The notes beneath the pieces are model-generated. The model made no database searches. It worked only from the letters and a program-made list of their open reading frames with translations, and had not been told where the DNA came from. The position numbers and the translations under genes were made by a program. A DNA stretch of 64,000 nucleotides from the human T2T-CHM13v2.0 reference genome, Homo sapiens. The DNA lies in NCBI RefSeq assembly GCF_009914755.1, contig NC_060925.1. One strand, given 5' to 3'. Positions 43,155 to 55,135 of the stretch are shown here, piece by piece (within the stretch, counting starts at the first letter, position 1; each line of letters opens with the position of its first letter).

Positions 43155-44064
43155 AATATCAGGCTTTTAATACTTCTGTAAGATGCCTTGCCTAGTTTTA
43201 TTTTTCTGAAATAGCTAATTAGTCCGTAGGAAAAAATACATTTTAGCCAGAATGTGTAAGCTAGGTGGCAAAAAAAATTCTTGCGTGATTTAGTCATAAC
43301 ATTAAATAAAATAAGCAATACAAATTAATTTTAAAATTTCTGTTGCAAAGGAAAAATACCCTAAATTACAATAAAAACCTATCAAGGTTTAAAAAAGGGA
43401 AAGTGATTTTATAAGAAGTGTAATTAGTATTGAAAGGAATTATAATTTTGAAGTAGGCTCATATTTATATAAAATAGTAAAATATAATATTTAAAGTATC
43501 ATATTTTTAATATGAGTCACTAGGTCATTAAGTTGAGCATTTGACCACAAGTACATTTTTAACACGTGTCATAAGACATGGGTTTATATAACAGTATATA
43601 AATTTCTATTTATGAAAAATGGTATCAATCCAAATGCCATTACTCCCTGAAGTTGTAACTATAACTGGGTCAAATTTCCATTAATTAGTTAGTAGTTTAA
43701 AAACGCAAAACTTTCTTGTTAATATGCTTTTTCATTCTGCCTTCTTTGTTCCTGTTACCAGGCATACTTTCCTTTCATTTTATCCTGCAATTTGATTTGT
43801 AAAACTCCATTTATTCAAGAGCATTTAAAATAAAAAGAAAACAAAAAAAATTATCCCCAAATGCATTTCAGAGCAAAGCACATTCAAGAGGAATTTACAG
43901 CATCATAAACTTTGTAAGGGTTACCTTTCTAGAAATAGCCATTTGCCACTAGGTACATTTTAGAGTTGCTCACTGTATAATTGCACCTCATGAATGGAGT
44001 TAAACAGAGGATAAAATTCACCCCACATTCAATAACTGACCTGTGAACTAGTAGTTACAAAGTA

Positions 44065-44778
44065 TATATCTGTTAAAAAAAACTTATACCCAGAATATAT
44101 AAAGAACTCTTACAACTCAACAATAAAACTGAAAACAACTCAATAAATCATCAAAGTGTCTTTGATGTGTTACTTTATCGAAGAAGAGACATAGATGGCA
44201 ACTAAGCACAAGAAGCAATGTTCAACATCCTGTTTACAGAAAAGAAAATCAAAATTACAACTAGGTATCCTACGCCCTTGTAAAAATGGTTAAAAATTAT
44301 AAACAAAACAACTAAAAGACTACAACATTCTGGCAAGGAAGCAGAGCAATTGAAAGAGTACCTTATATATGCTGATGAAATGCAAAATAGTACAGCCACT
44401 TCAAACAATTTCTTGGCAGTTTCTCATAAATTTAAACATATGCTTTACCATATGACCTACTATCTCAAGGCAAAAGGAACTGTATGTCCACACAAATGTT
44501 TATATAGCAGCTTTACATAGAAGAGCCAAAAACTGAAAATAAGTCAAATGTTTATTAACTGACAAATGGCAAATTGTTATATTTTAGCACAATAAAATAC
44601 TATTCAGCAATAAAAGGGAACGAATTTCTAATACAAGCATCATGCTTGGTGAACGAATCCAGACACAAAAGATTACATCCTGTATGAGCACCTTATATGA
44701 CATTCTGGAAAACGCAAATCTATAAAAATAAGAATCAGCTGAATAAATATTGTGGACTGGGAGTGGGGAGAGAGATTT
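44065..44778 (+). mobile_element. Old L1M (L1MC/MD/ME) 3' region, ending at the HERV9 insertion
   Basis: CCAGAATATATAAAGAACTCTTACAACTCAACAATAA; TACTATTCAGCAATAAAAGGGAACGAA; TATATGACATTCTGGAAAA. Confidence 0.8.
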
Positions 44779-45529
44779 TGTGTCCAGAAGTTATTCATTC
44801 TGGTGAGTTCTTGGTCTTGCTGACTTCAAGAATGAAGCCGCGGACCTTTGTGGTGAGTGTTACAACTATTAAAGATGGTGTGTCCGGAGTTGCTTCCTTC
44901 AGATATTCAGATGTGTCCAGAGTTTCTTCCTTCTGTTGGGTTCGTGGTCTCGCTGACTTCAGGAGTGAAGCCGCACACCCTCACGGTGAGTGTTACAGCT
45001 CAAAAAGGTAGTGCGGACCCAAAGAGTGAGCAGCAGCAAGATTTATTGTGAAGAGCAAAAGAACAATGCTTCCACAGCATGGAAGGGGAACCAAGTGGGT
45101 TGCTGCTGCTGGCTTGGGTAGCCAGCTTTTATTCCCTTATTTGTCCCCACCCATGTCCTGCTGATTGGTCCATTTTACAGAGTGCTGATTGCTGCGTTTA
45201 CAACCCTTTAGCTAGACACAGAGCACTGATTGGTGCATTTTTACAGAATGCTGATTGATGTATTTACAATCCTTTAGCTAGACACAGAGTGCTGATTAGT
45301 GGGTTTTTACAGAGTGCTGATTGGTGCATTTACAATCCTTTAGCTAGACACAGAGCACTGATTGGTGCATTTACAATCCTTTAGCTAGACACAGAGCACT
45401 GATTGGTGCATTTACAATCCTTTAGCTAGACACAGAGCGCTGATTGGTGCATTTACAGTCCTCTATCTAGACAGAAAAGTTCTCCAAGTCCTCGCTCAAC
45501 CCAGGAAGTCCAGCTGGCTTCATCTCTCA
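44779..45529 (-). mobile_element. LTR12-family (ERV9) 3' LTR, complete
   Basis: Minus strand begins TGAGAGATGAAGCCAGCTGG after the PPT (AGAGGGGAGAT) and ends GGACACA. It has U3 tandem repeats, an AATAAA-type TATA (45126-45133) and a poly(A) signal (~45042-45048). Confidence 0.95.
45160..45475 (-). promoter_or_regulatory. LTR12 U3 enhancer tandem array (~41-bp units with CCAAT boxes)
   Basis: Repeated CTGATTGGTGCATTTACAATCCTTTAGCTAGACACAGAGCA. ERV9 U3 repeats are known NF-Y-binding enhancers; activity of this copy is unknown. Confidence 0.75.
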
Positions 45530-45639
45530 ATCTCCCCTCTAAACAGGACACCACAACTGCTGTTGGGAATTGGGCGATGAGCACTCTAGCTACTTCCTGC
45601 TGAATAGGGGTGAAAAGGGGGCCCTGCAGTTGTAGTGTC

Positions 45640-46200
45640 CTCCAGATGGGAATTCTTCAGGCCAGTCAAAGAGCCAGCAGGTCAGTCCAGGGGTCCTCGG
45701 TAGAATTGTTTGTTGAGCTCATTTAGGGTTCCATTTGTAAGACCATCTGTAGCTTGATGGCCTCAATCCTAGAGGAAACACATTTTACAAGGGGGTTAAA
45801 AATACAGGGCCCGAAGGCGAGTAATAGCAAAATGGCTATCACAGGACCTAGAAAGGGGAGAAGCCATGTTGGCCAACTCCAGAGGTTGGTATAAGAATTT
45901 GAAAGGCATTGTCTGATTTCAGAAGACTTTTCCTGTAAATGCTGGGCAGTGTCTCGTACTATCCTTTACTGGTTAGCGTATAAGCAACACTCTTCCCCTA
46001 AGAAAATGCAAAGTCCTCCTTTCTCAGCAGTGAGGATATCTAGGCCTTGGTGGTTTTGGAGAGTCACTGCTGCAAAAGAATCTATTTGGGATTGTAGAGC
46101 AAGGACAGATTTCGTTATTTCTTGCAAACTGTCTGAGAGGCAGATATAGGTTGAAGTTCCACATAAGAAGAATAAGCCTTGGCTGGGTAGACAGACATTT
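45640..46200 (-). pseudogene. env: HERV9 env remnant (TM immunosuppressive domain plus a small SU piece)
   Basis: LQNHQGLDILTAEKGGLCIFLGEECC = ISD plus CX6CC; followed by a stop codon. Confidence 0.9.
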
Positions 46201-46249
46201 ACCCTGGCTTTTAAAGGAATAGGGTACATTGTTTTTTCTTTATTACTTC

Positions 46250-46520
46250 TATCGCTCTCTTTTTTCCTCTCTGACTCCCTCTTTGTCTCTTCCTCTCTTT
46301 ACTTCTCTCTTTGACTTTCTGTCTCTCTGTCTCTTCCTCAGTCTCTCTCTTTGACTCCTTTGTCTGTCTCTTTCTCTCTGACTTTTTGTCTCTTTCTCTC
46401 TTTCTGTCTCTCTCTTTTACTTTGTCTTTTTGTCTCTTTCTCTCTGACTCCCTCTTTGTCTCTATCTCTTCCTCTCTCTCTCTCTCTCTCTGACTTCCTG
46501 TCTCTTTCTCTCTTTCCTTT
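46250..46520. repeat. CT-rich low-complexity tract inside HERV9
   Basis: ~270 bp of mostly pyrimidines with recurring CTCTCTGACT. Confidence 0.9.
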
Positions 46521-46559
46521 CTGCTGGTCTTTCCCTGCTTCTGCCAGCTGCTTATGCTG

Positions 46560-47437
46560 CTGTTCTCCCCTCTCCTTCTCCTTTTGATGGCTTTGGTAGT
46601 GTAAGACTGTCACCTCTTTGGGTTTTTGCACTGCATGCAATAACTTCATGGTTTCCTTGTAACATATAATGGGGGTTTCCCCAGAGGTTAGGAACTCCCT
46701 TTCTTTCCATATTGCAGCATGGGCATGTAGGATTAGATAAGCATACTTGCTATCTGTATACACATTTATTCTTCTTCTCTTTCCCAGTTCTAAGGCTCAG
46801 GTAAGTGCTACTAGTTCTGCTAACTGGGAGCTGGTCCCTGGGGAAGAGGCTTGCTTCCAAGTACTGTTACTAACTATGGCATAACCTGCCCTTCGTATCC
46901 CATTCTCCACAAATGAACTTTCATCAGTATATAGGTTAAGGTCAGGATTAGCTAAGGGGACTTCTAAGAGATCCTCTCAGGCCGCATAAGTCTGGACTAT
47001 AATTTGTTGGCAGTCATGCTCGATTGGTTCCCCATCCTCTGGGAGAAAAATGGCAGGGCTGAGGGCCACACATGTGCGTATTTGAAGTACTAGTCCCTCA
47101 AGGAGTAGCACCTGGTATCTAAGCAGGTGGCTGTCTGATAGCCATAAACTTCCTTTGGTGCCTAGTATGCCATTTACGTCATGAGTAGTTCAGACGGTGA
47201 GATCCTTTCCTTGTATTATTTTGATAGCCTCTGACACTAAGAAAGCCACTGCTGCAACTACCTGTAAACAGTGAGGCCAGCCTTTTGCTACTATATCAAT
47301 GTCCTTACTTAGGTATGCCACTGGTTGTGGGGTTGTCCCATGAATCTGAGTAAGGACCCCAAGAGCTATTCCTGCTCTCTCTGTGATATATAAAGAGAAA
47401 TTTTGTCCTGTGGGAAGGCTTAAGGCTGGAGCTTGAG
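46560..47437 (-). pseudogene. pol: HERV9 pol remnant (connection and RNase H only)
   Basis: YTDSKYAYLILHAHAAIWKEREFLTS is class I ERV RNase H; frameshifts; no RT core or integrase sequence. Confidence 0.9.
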
Positions 47438-47444
47438 TCTGTTC

Positions 47445-47844
47445 CCTTCAATGTCCAGACTTCAGGGTTGATTCCCTCCTCAAGCACGGGACAACGAATG
47501 GGTAATTTGTTCCCCATATTCATGTAGTTAATAGCTCCAGCTTTGGCTAATATGTCCCTCCCTAATAATGGTATGGGACTTTCAGTCATAACAAGAAAGG
47601 CATGTGAAAAGAGCAAAGTCTCCCAATTACAACTGAGGAGGTGGGAGAAATACCTGGTTACAGGCTGTCCCAGGATTCCTCTGATGGTAACAGACCTTGA
47701 GGACAGCTGTCAGGGACAGGAGATTAACACTGAGAAAGCCACGCCAGTGTCCAGGAGGAAGTCAATTTCCTGGCCTTCAATGGTTAAACGTACCCAGGGC
47801 TCAGTGAGGGTGATGACATGAGCTGGTGCTTGCCCTGGGCACCC
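47445..47844 (-). pseudogene. pro: HERV9 protease
   Basis: EIDFLLDTGVAFSVLI at ~47722-47769(-) and PIPLLGRDILAK. Confidence 0.9.
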
Positions 47845-49308
47845 TCAATCCTATTGTTGGATAATCTGCTTGGGGGCTTCTGGCCCAGAGAAGCTTTGTC
47901 CTCTGGGGCAATGCATCTTCCGGTGATTGCCTTGGCATAGTGGACATGGGCAAGGGAGCAGCTTGTTTCTCATTGGACAATCTTTTTTAAAGTGTCCTTG
48001 CAAACCACACTGATAACAAGCCCTACCAGGTGATTGGCCTCCTCCTTTTTCTGTCCTTTCTGACCTACCAAGGTTTGTTTGTCTGAGGGCCATGACTAAG
48101 GCTGCAGCCTTTCTCTGCTCTCATTTTTCCTTTCCAGCCTGTTACTCTTGGTCCCTATTATAGAACACCGAGGTTTCCAGGTTTAATAATGCCTCCAGAT
48201 TTTTTTCAGGGCCCAGGGCTCACTTTTGGAGCTTTTTCCTGATATCTGCGGCTGATTGGGTAATAAACTTATCTTTTAGAATCAATTGACCCTCCAGGGA
48301 GTCAGGTGACAGGGGAGTATATTTTCTTAAGGTCTCCTATAGCCACTCTAGGAAGGCAGAAGGAGTTTCTTCCTTTCCCTGGGTTATGGTGGACATCATT
48401 GAATAATTCATGGGCTTTTTCCTAATTCTCCTTAGTCTTTCTAGAACACACGTCAACAGATGTTTGTGACTCCAGTCCCCATGATCTGAGTTGAGGTCCC
48501 AGTGGGGATCCCTAGTGGGGATGGCTTGCTGACCAGTAGGGAATTTGTCCCTTTCTTTGGCTGTCATTCTGTCATTCACTTGACTAAGATATCAGGTCTC
48601 TCCAACTCCTGGGCTGCAGCTAAAGCTGCATTCTTTTCATTAAAGGCCAGGGTTTGATCTAACAATAGCATGACATCTCTCCAAGTGAGATAGAAGGTTT
48701 ACCCTAGATCCTGTAGGGCATCTATATACCTATCAGGATCATCAGAAAGCTTCCCCAGGTCTGCCTTGATCTGCTTTAAATCAGAGAGGGAGAAGGGGAC
48801 ATGTACCCAGGTTGGGCCAAATTCTCCTCCCCCTAGAGCTTGAAGTGGACATAACTGATAGCCCGGGGGGTAGGGAGGGTTGTGGTCCTTTGGAGATTTC
48901 TTTGTTTCCTTCTGGGCAGGGGAGATTAGAGGAGGCTTATCATTAATAGGAAGGGGAGCTATAGGGAGGCTAGGATATGGAGGTAAGCTGAGACGTCCTC
49001 CTGTGGGATGTAAATTGCAAGCTTTGCATAGTTGTGGGTTCTCCTTCAATGAAAAGAAAGCTTGGACATAAGGTATTTCACTCCATTTGCCTTCCTTCTT
49101 ACAGAAAAGGTCAAGCTGCAGGATAGTATTGTAATTTATACTTCCCTCAGGTGACCATTTTTCCCCATCAGAGAGAGATTATTGGGGCCAAGCCATAGTG
49201 CAGAAAAAAAATAAGCCACTTCTTTTTCAGGGTTTGTGGGTCAAATTGGTCCCAATGGCTTAGGATGCATTTCAAGGGTGAGTCTGTTGATGCCTGAGTG
49301 TTTGCCAT
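47845..49308 (-). pseudogene. gag: HERV9 gag, disrupted
   Basis: MANTQASTDSPLKCILSHW start, MHR TQGKEETPSAFLEWL and zinc knuckle CYQCGLQGHFKKDC; broken into several ORFs by stops and frameshifts. Confidence 0.92.
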
Positions 49309-50542
49309 CTGAAAGACAAAACCACCCACGATTTTGGTTTGCTTGTCCCCCCACCACCACCCAAGAACTCGCAACAGTCCTTGGACCCTGCTGATCTGAA
49401 TAGTTGTGCTCTCTGATGTAGCAGCATGAACACCTCTTGCCCAAGAACCTGCAGCATTCCCTGGACCCTGTTGATCGGAATAGTTGCACTCACTGATGCA
49501 GCAGCAGAAACTCTAGTTTTCCTCCTAGACCACAAGGAGGACCAAGGAAGGTCAGATTTAGTAGCCCTTACCGATGCATTCTTGAAAACCTGCACCCTTG
49601 CCTGTCCTCCTAGATCACAAAGAGGACTGAGAAAAATCGGATTTAGTAGCCCTTACCGACACATTCTCGATAACCTGTTAGAGTCCTAAGCATTCTCCTG
49701 TTAGTATTGGGACTTTACCCTGTCCTATAAAGATGTTATGCCCCAAAAATGAAGTGGAATGCCATATCCTGAGGGAGGGAAGGGATCTCCAGGGTCGGAA
49801 GAGTGACACCTTTTGTCTTCACTTGAATAGGGAGGATAACATTTCTGAAGCTCCCCATATCCTAGCTTCAGGAATAGGCTTTGTTAGTCCTGCTTGTCTG
49901 AGGAGGGATACTAAAAGGATAGTTGGTCTTCCCACCCGACAGGGCTTTGGGCAAAAATTAAGTCTTTCTGATGAGTGAGGCAAGGTGCCTAAAGAAGGGA
50001 ATAAAGTCCTGAAGTTTATACTAGGAATCATTCTTATTGGATAAACTAAAAAAGCACCAGAGGCAGGGAATGGTTTTTAGAAGTGGGACTAGCCTCAGAG
50101 AAGAGAGGCAAGAGGAAGTTTTCTGACAGGCATTAGGACCCAGGAAGCAAGGGTCAGGATAGATAGGATAGATGGGTGAGTCTCGCTTGGGTGACATGAC
50201 TTTGAGAGCTCCGATCATGGCCTCAGGGACAACCAACTTGTTGTCAGGACCCCGGAGCTGAATGGCTTTCCTCTCTGTTGATCCTCGGCTCAGCCTAGAA
50301 GTACAGGAAAAGCGGAAGCTGGTTCTAGGCAAACCAACGGTCCCAACTCCAAAGAGTCGGGGGTTGTTAGAGAGCCCTTTCCCAGTAAGCCTGACACCCG
50401 TGTCTTTAGTCCGGTGGCCGTACTAGTCGCTTTTAACTGGCTGACAGGTGCTGGTATTTAGCCCCCAAATTCTAAGGAAAAGTAGGACAGAATAGCAAGC
50501 GAAAGGGGTCTGATGGTACTCACCGCTTGGCCATAGGTGATA

Positions 50543-50560
50543 GTCCCTTAGTGGTCACCA
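50543..50560 (-). promoter_or_regulatory. Retroviral primer-binding site (tRNA-Arg)
   Basis: Minus strand TGGTGACCACTAAGGGAC lies 3 nt after the 5' LTR, 2 mismatches from TGGCGACCACGAAGGGAC. The leader splice donor GCG|GTGAGT lies at ~50518-50526. Confidence 0.85.
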
Positions 50561-50563
50561 AGA

Positions 50564-50790
50564 TGTGCCCAGTTCTTGGTCTCAATGACTTCAAAAGGAA
50601 GCCATGGACCTTCACGGTGAGTGTTACAGCTCTTAAAGATGGTGTGTCAGGAGTTTGTTCCTTCAGATGTTCAGATGTGTCCAGAGTTTCTTCCTTCTGG
50701 TGGGTTCGTGGTCTCGCTGACTTCAGGAGTGAAGCCGCAGACCTTCATGGTGAGTGTTACAGCTCATAAAGGTAGTGCAGACCCTAAAAG
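50564..50790 (-). mobile_element. LTR12 5' LTR, truncated (U5 side only)
   Basis: Aligns to 44779-45022, then similarity stops abruptly at ...GGTAGTGCAGACCC. Confidence 0.92.
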
Positions 50791-50794
50791 ATGT

Positions 50795-51392
50795 GACAGA
50801 AAGGAAATTAAGGAAAACCTAATGAAAATTTCCATGGTTTACAGGTAATAAATTGTTAATTCTTCTCAAACTGATCTCGATCCAGTATAATCCCTGTTAA
50901 AATCCCAGCAAGTTGTTTTTTGTTTTGTTTTTCTGTGTGTGTGGGAAAATGGTAGGTGGATTCACAAGGTGATTCTAAAATTTATAAGAAAATGAGAAAT
51001 TTAAGAAGTGTAGAAATTTCTGAAGACAATAAAGGACAACTCAGGGGAAACTGCATTTGCAAATATTAAGAATTATTATATATCTGCAGTAAATCACAGT
51101 ATTCTCTTCAAGCTAGTACAGAATACTTTTTAAAAAATTGGGAATCAAGGAAATGTCCATACATATACAGTCAACTGACTATAAAATAGATGTAAGTATA
51201 ATGTATTTGGGAAATTATGGTTCTGTCAGCAAACAAATACTGGCTCAATGGGTATGTGTATATATGTATGAAAAAAAATCCATCTTGACCATTACCTCAC
51301 ACAATACAACAAATAATTTCAAGATGGCTTAGAGATCTAATGAGAAAGTTAAAACCAAGTGCCTACATAAGAAAACACTGGAAAATATCTAT

Positions 51393-51451
<59 letters not shown>

Positions 51452-51840
51452 TTCTTCAACATGCTGTAATAAGCACAAACAGCAAACACATTGACAAACA
51501 ACACAAAAAGTATGATGCTCTATTCATTAAAAGGCAGCATTAAGAAAGTAAAAAGGCAAGACACTGAAGATTTGTATAGATAAATTCCATAAATAAATGA
51601 GAAAAATAAAAACAAATCAACTGATAATGGAAAATCCAAATAAGGGTGAAAATGATACAACATATTGCTGAGCATGATTAATGGTTTACAAAATGCAAAT
51701 TATAATCCAAAAGTGATGAAAGAAATTTACCAACCTGGATTAAATTAGAAACACTGCACCAAGCATTAGCAATAATATAGAGCAACTAGAATTCTTATAA
51801 CTTGCTGGTGGGTGTGTAAATTGGTGCACACAATTTGTAT
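50795..51840 (+). mobile_element. Old L1M ORF2 fragments
   Basis: AATCCCTGTTAAAATCCCAGCAAG, GATTCTAAAATTTATA and TGCTGGTGGGTGTGTAAATTGGTGCA. Confidence 0.7.
51396..51447. repeat. (TA)n microsatellite, ~26 units
   Basis: Pure TA run. Confidence 0.96.
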
Positions 51841-53779
51841 CTCTTGTTGCTATTAACAACAAGAAGACTCAAATACCAAAGGAAGTCAAAAATGGGACAA
51901 CTCTATTTTAATTTAGCAGAAAAAGATCTTAGGGTAAGTATTCCTTAAAGTGTCTAATACCTTTATCTGACTACAACAACTCATGTAAGTAAGAGTAACT
52001 AAAATATATATCTAGAAGTTATATACACACTGATTTGGCCAAAAACCCTAAAAAGTATTAAATATACACATATTTAGTTAGTAAAAACAAACCCCTGTGT
52101 ATTGCTAACTACTTCTGTAAAATTTACTCTTCAGTAGAAATTCATGTTCAAGAGTCTTCAATCATGTAACGAAACTGAAAGCTATTAAAATTATTCTGCC
52201 AATGGCTCTTCTGGCAATAACTTAAAATACCTTGGCTGACACTGCAGAGTTAGAGACAGCCATGTGTTATCCATATATAAAACGAAGAAATTGTCTCAAC
52301 AGTTTGTGAATCATATGGAGGTTTTACTAGGCTCTTTCCTAAGGCCACAAATAGTAATCAGTTTGGCTTTGTGTAATATATTCTCCAAGCATGCCTAGAG
52401 GCAAGTTAGTACTTTATTTTTATGAGGCTCCAAAGGTTATACATCAAATGATTGGTAGGCAGGTTCTTCAATTCTGATAAACAGATCTCAGGAGAAAACC
52501 AAAAACATGATTAGAGAAAATACCAGGCTAGGTGGGCATAATCATGAGAACTAGGAAATGATCCTTCATCACAATGACCTTCACTTCATTGAAGTAAAGG
52601 CAAAAAAAAATGTATTTGCTATGATTTCATTAACTTTCTTTTATAAAGTGTATCTCTAAAATTATGATCGCATAGTCGAGGACTTGCATGTTGGCGGAGG
52701 AAAAAACTCTTTGAACTGAGTACCTAAAAATAATAAAAGTTTCACTCTTTATACACCTCACGTAGCAACCAATAGATATCTTTTACTATTTAAAGAAGTC
52801 TATTAAATACAATAGTGGTAAACTCATCTCATCCTATTTACCCTCACTAAAATACAAGGCAAGAAATCAACATTATATATAAATCACTGTGAAGCAAGCC
52901 CCTGGGACCATTCCTAAAATATTTTTCTAAATTGGATGGAGTTATAAATTATTAACTTTATTCTGCTGCATCTTGGTGGAGGCAGATAGAGGATAACATT
53001 GTACTTAAGAAATCATATTTAACACAAAATGCAAAATAATACATGGATATTATCTGTGGTTAGAGACCAATGAAAGATAAATTTGTGTATTCAGCATTTC
53101 TGTTGTGAAATCAGCTATGAAGTAATAGCAGAAGTGACCAGAAAATTGAGAATAATAAAAGGACTAAATTGAAGCATTTCATGACAGAAGGACAAGACTG
53201 ACTATTGTAAATGATGTAAACAATTCATTATTATTAATAGAAATTCAAAGAATACATCACTCAAAAGTCTTTCATATAAAATCTTAAAAGTACTCCGTAA
53301 CAAGTAAGAGACTATACCTTCAGGTATTTTGGGATTTGACATGTGTATATTAAACATAATTTTATGATGTAATTCTATTTGCAGGTAAGTTAAGATGGAA
53401 AAGCAATTTTGCTTATGTAATTTACATATTATATAATTGTTTACAAAAAATTATTCATTATTTGGAATTATACTGAAAGTATTTGGTGCTTAGAAGCTTT
53501 TTATAGTGAGGTCATCACCCCTACTAGGTTAAGACAATAAGCTGTTCCATCTCCTATTTTATTGATATATTACTTCCATAAACCAAGCTTTAATATTAAT
53601 AGACCTGGGAATAATAGTTGTATATCTATATTTTTTCCAATTAAAAAGTCTATTGTAAAATAAAAATTAAAATGAGATACCAATTTCATATAGCAGGCTG
53701 AAACAGTATTTTTAAATGCAATAACTAGTGAAAGGGAGAAAAAATAGGTGCTGTCAGACACTTCTGGTTGAAAGGTAAG

Positions 53780-54187
53780 TGATATAGTTTAGATGCTTGT
53801 CCCCTCCAAATCCCACATTGAAAACTGATCCTTGGTGTTGAAGGTGGGGCCTGTTGGGAGTTGTTTGGGTGATGGGGGAGGATACCTCATGGATGGCTTG
53901 GTATCATCCCTAGAGTAAAGAGTTCTCACTCTATTAGTTCACATGAGAGCTGGTTGTTAAAAAGAGTGTGGCACCTCCCATTTCTCTCTTGCTACCCCTC
54001 TTACCATGTGACATGCTGGCTCCCCTTGCCTCCCACCAGGAGTAAGTGCTTCCTGAGGCCCTCCCCAGGGGCAGATGCTGGCACCATGCTTCTTGTACAG
54101 CCTGCAGAACTGAGAGTAAAATAAACCTCTTTTCTTTATAAATTACGCAGTCTCAAATATTTATTTATAGTAACGTAGACTAATACA
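53780..54187 (+). mobile_element. MSTB-like MaLR solo LTR
   Basis: TGATATAGTTT...GACTAATACA ends; TSD GTAAG/TTAAG. Confidence 0.92.
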
Positions 54188-54978
54188 TTAAGCTCATATA
54201 ATTATTATAAAGAAAAATTTGGTAATACGTACCTAAAGAATTAAGAATAAATATGTTAAGATTGAATATATCAAAAAATTATTTGAAGAGAAACTTTAAG
54301 TTGAACAAAACTATATAAGACAGGATACTGATAGAGGTGTTTTCTTGTGTGTGTTATTTAAAAAAAGAAGTCAATCTAAACTTCAAAAAGCTAAACAAGA
54401 AATGCCATATTTATATACTAGGATAAAAAAATGACATATAATATTGTAAGATAATATTTAGCATTATGAAAGTCTTTTGAAAATAAAAGATAAGTAAGAG
54501 TGCAATTAGAATAAAGAAGAAAAATTGATTTATCTTCAAGAGATTCTCATTAAAAAATTAATAAAACTTAATAGCTGTGACCGTTGTCATCATCATCATC
54601 AATGTAATAAAACTCAGCAACCTAGGAAAAAAAAATTGTTCTTAACCTGATGAAGGGTATTTAAAAAATAACACCTACAGGAAAAATCATAATTAATGGT
54701 GAAATGTTGGAAGCTTTCCTCTGTCTTAAGGAAATAATACAATAATGACAACTTTTGCACTTCTTTTTATTATTACATTGATCATTCTAGCCAGGAAAAG
54801 AAGAAAAAAAAGTGGGTAATTTGAGGAAGAACATCAAAAGGACCTAAATTAAATGAGAGATACACAATATTAATGAATTGAAGTGATTGGTATTTTAAAG
54901 ACAACACTCTCTAAATTGACCAATAGATTTGTTTCACTACGGCTCAAAATTCCAACTTTTTTTTCAGGGAAAATTACT

Positions 54979-55100
54979 ATATATATATATGTTTATATGT
55001 GTATATATATATGTGTATATATGTGTATATATATGTGTATATATATATGTGTATATATGTATATATATGTGTGTATATATATGTGTATATATGTATATAC

Positions 55101-55135
<35 letters not shown>
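54979..55135. repeat. Compound (TA/TG) microsatellite
   Basis: Seen directly; roughly 12-bp periodic ATATATGTGTAT. Confidence 0.93.

Larger units (their letters stand above)
45530..50563 (-). mobile_element. HERV9 internal region, multiply deleted
   Basis: Leader-gag-pro-(partial pol)-(partial env)-PPT order between two LTR12 sequences; ~5 kb. Confidence 0.95.

Noticed and set aside
45160-45475. CRISPR-like array of ~41-bp repeats
   Set aside because: Head-to-tail units without unique spacers inside an LTR12 U3; eukaryotic context with no cas genes.
45966-46229. Syncytin-like domesticated env
   Set aside because: Only 87 codons, no signal peptide, most SU and the fusion peptide deleted, and a stop before the membrane anchor.
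46338-46763. RNase H fused to a K/E/R-rich tail as a novel protein
   Set aside because: The tail is read-through of a GA low-complexity tract; the RNase H is N-terminally incomplete and the 5' LTR promoter is gone.
49375-49680. Two pairs of ~50-70-bp direct repeats in the HERV9 leader
   Set aside because: As I recall these are intrinsic to ERV9 leaders rather than locus-specific.
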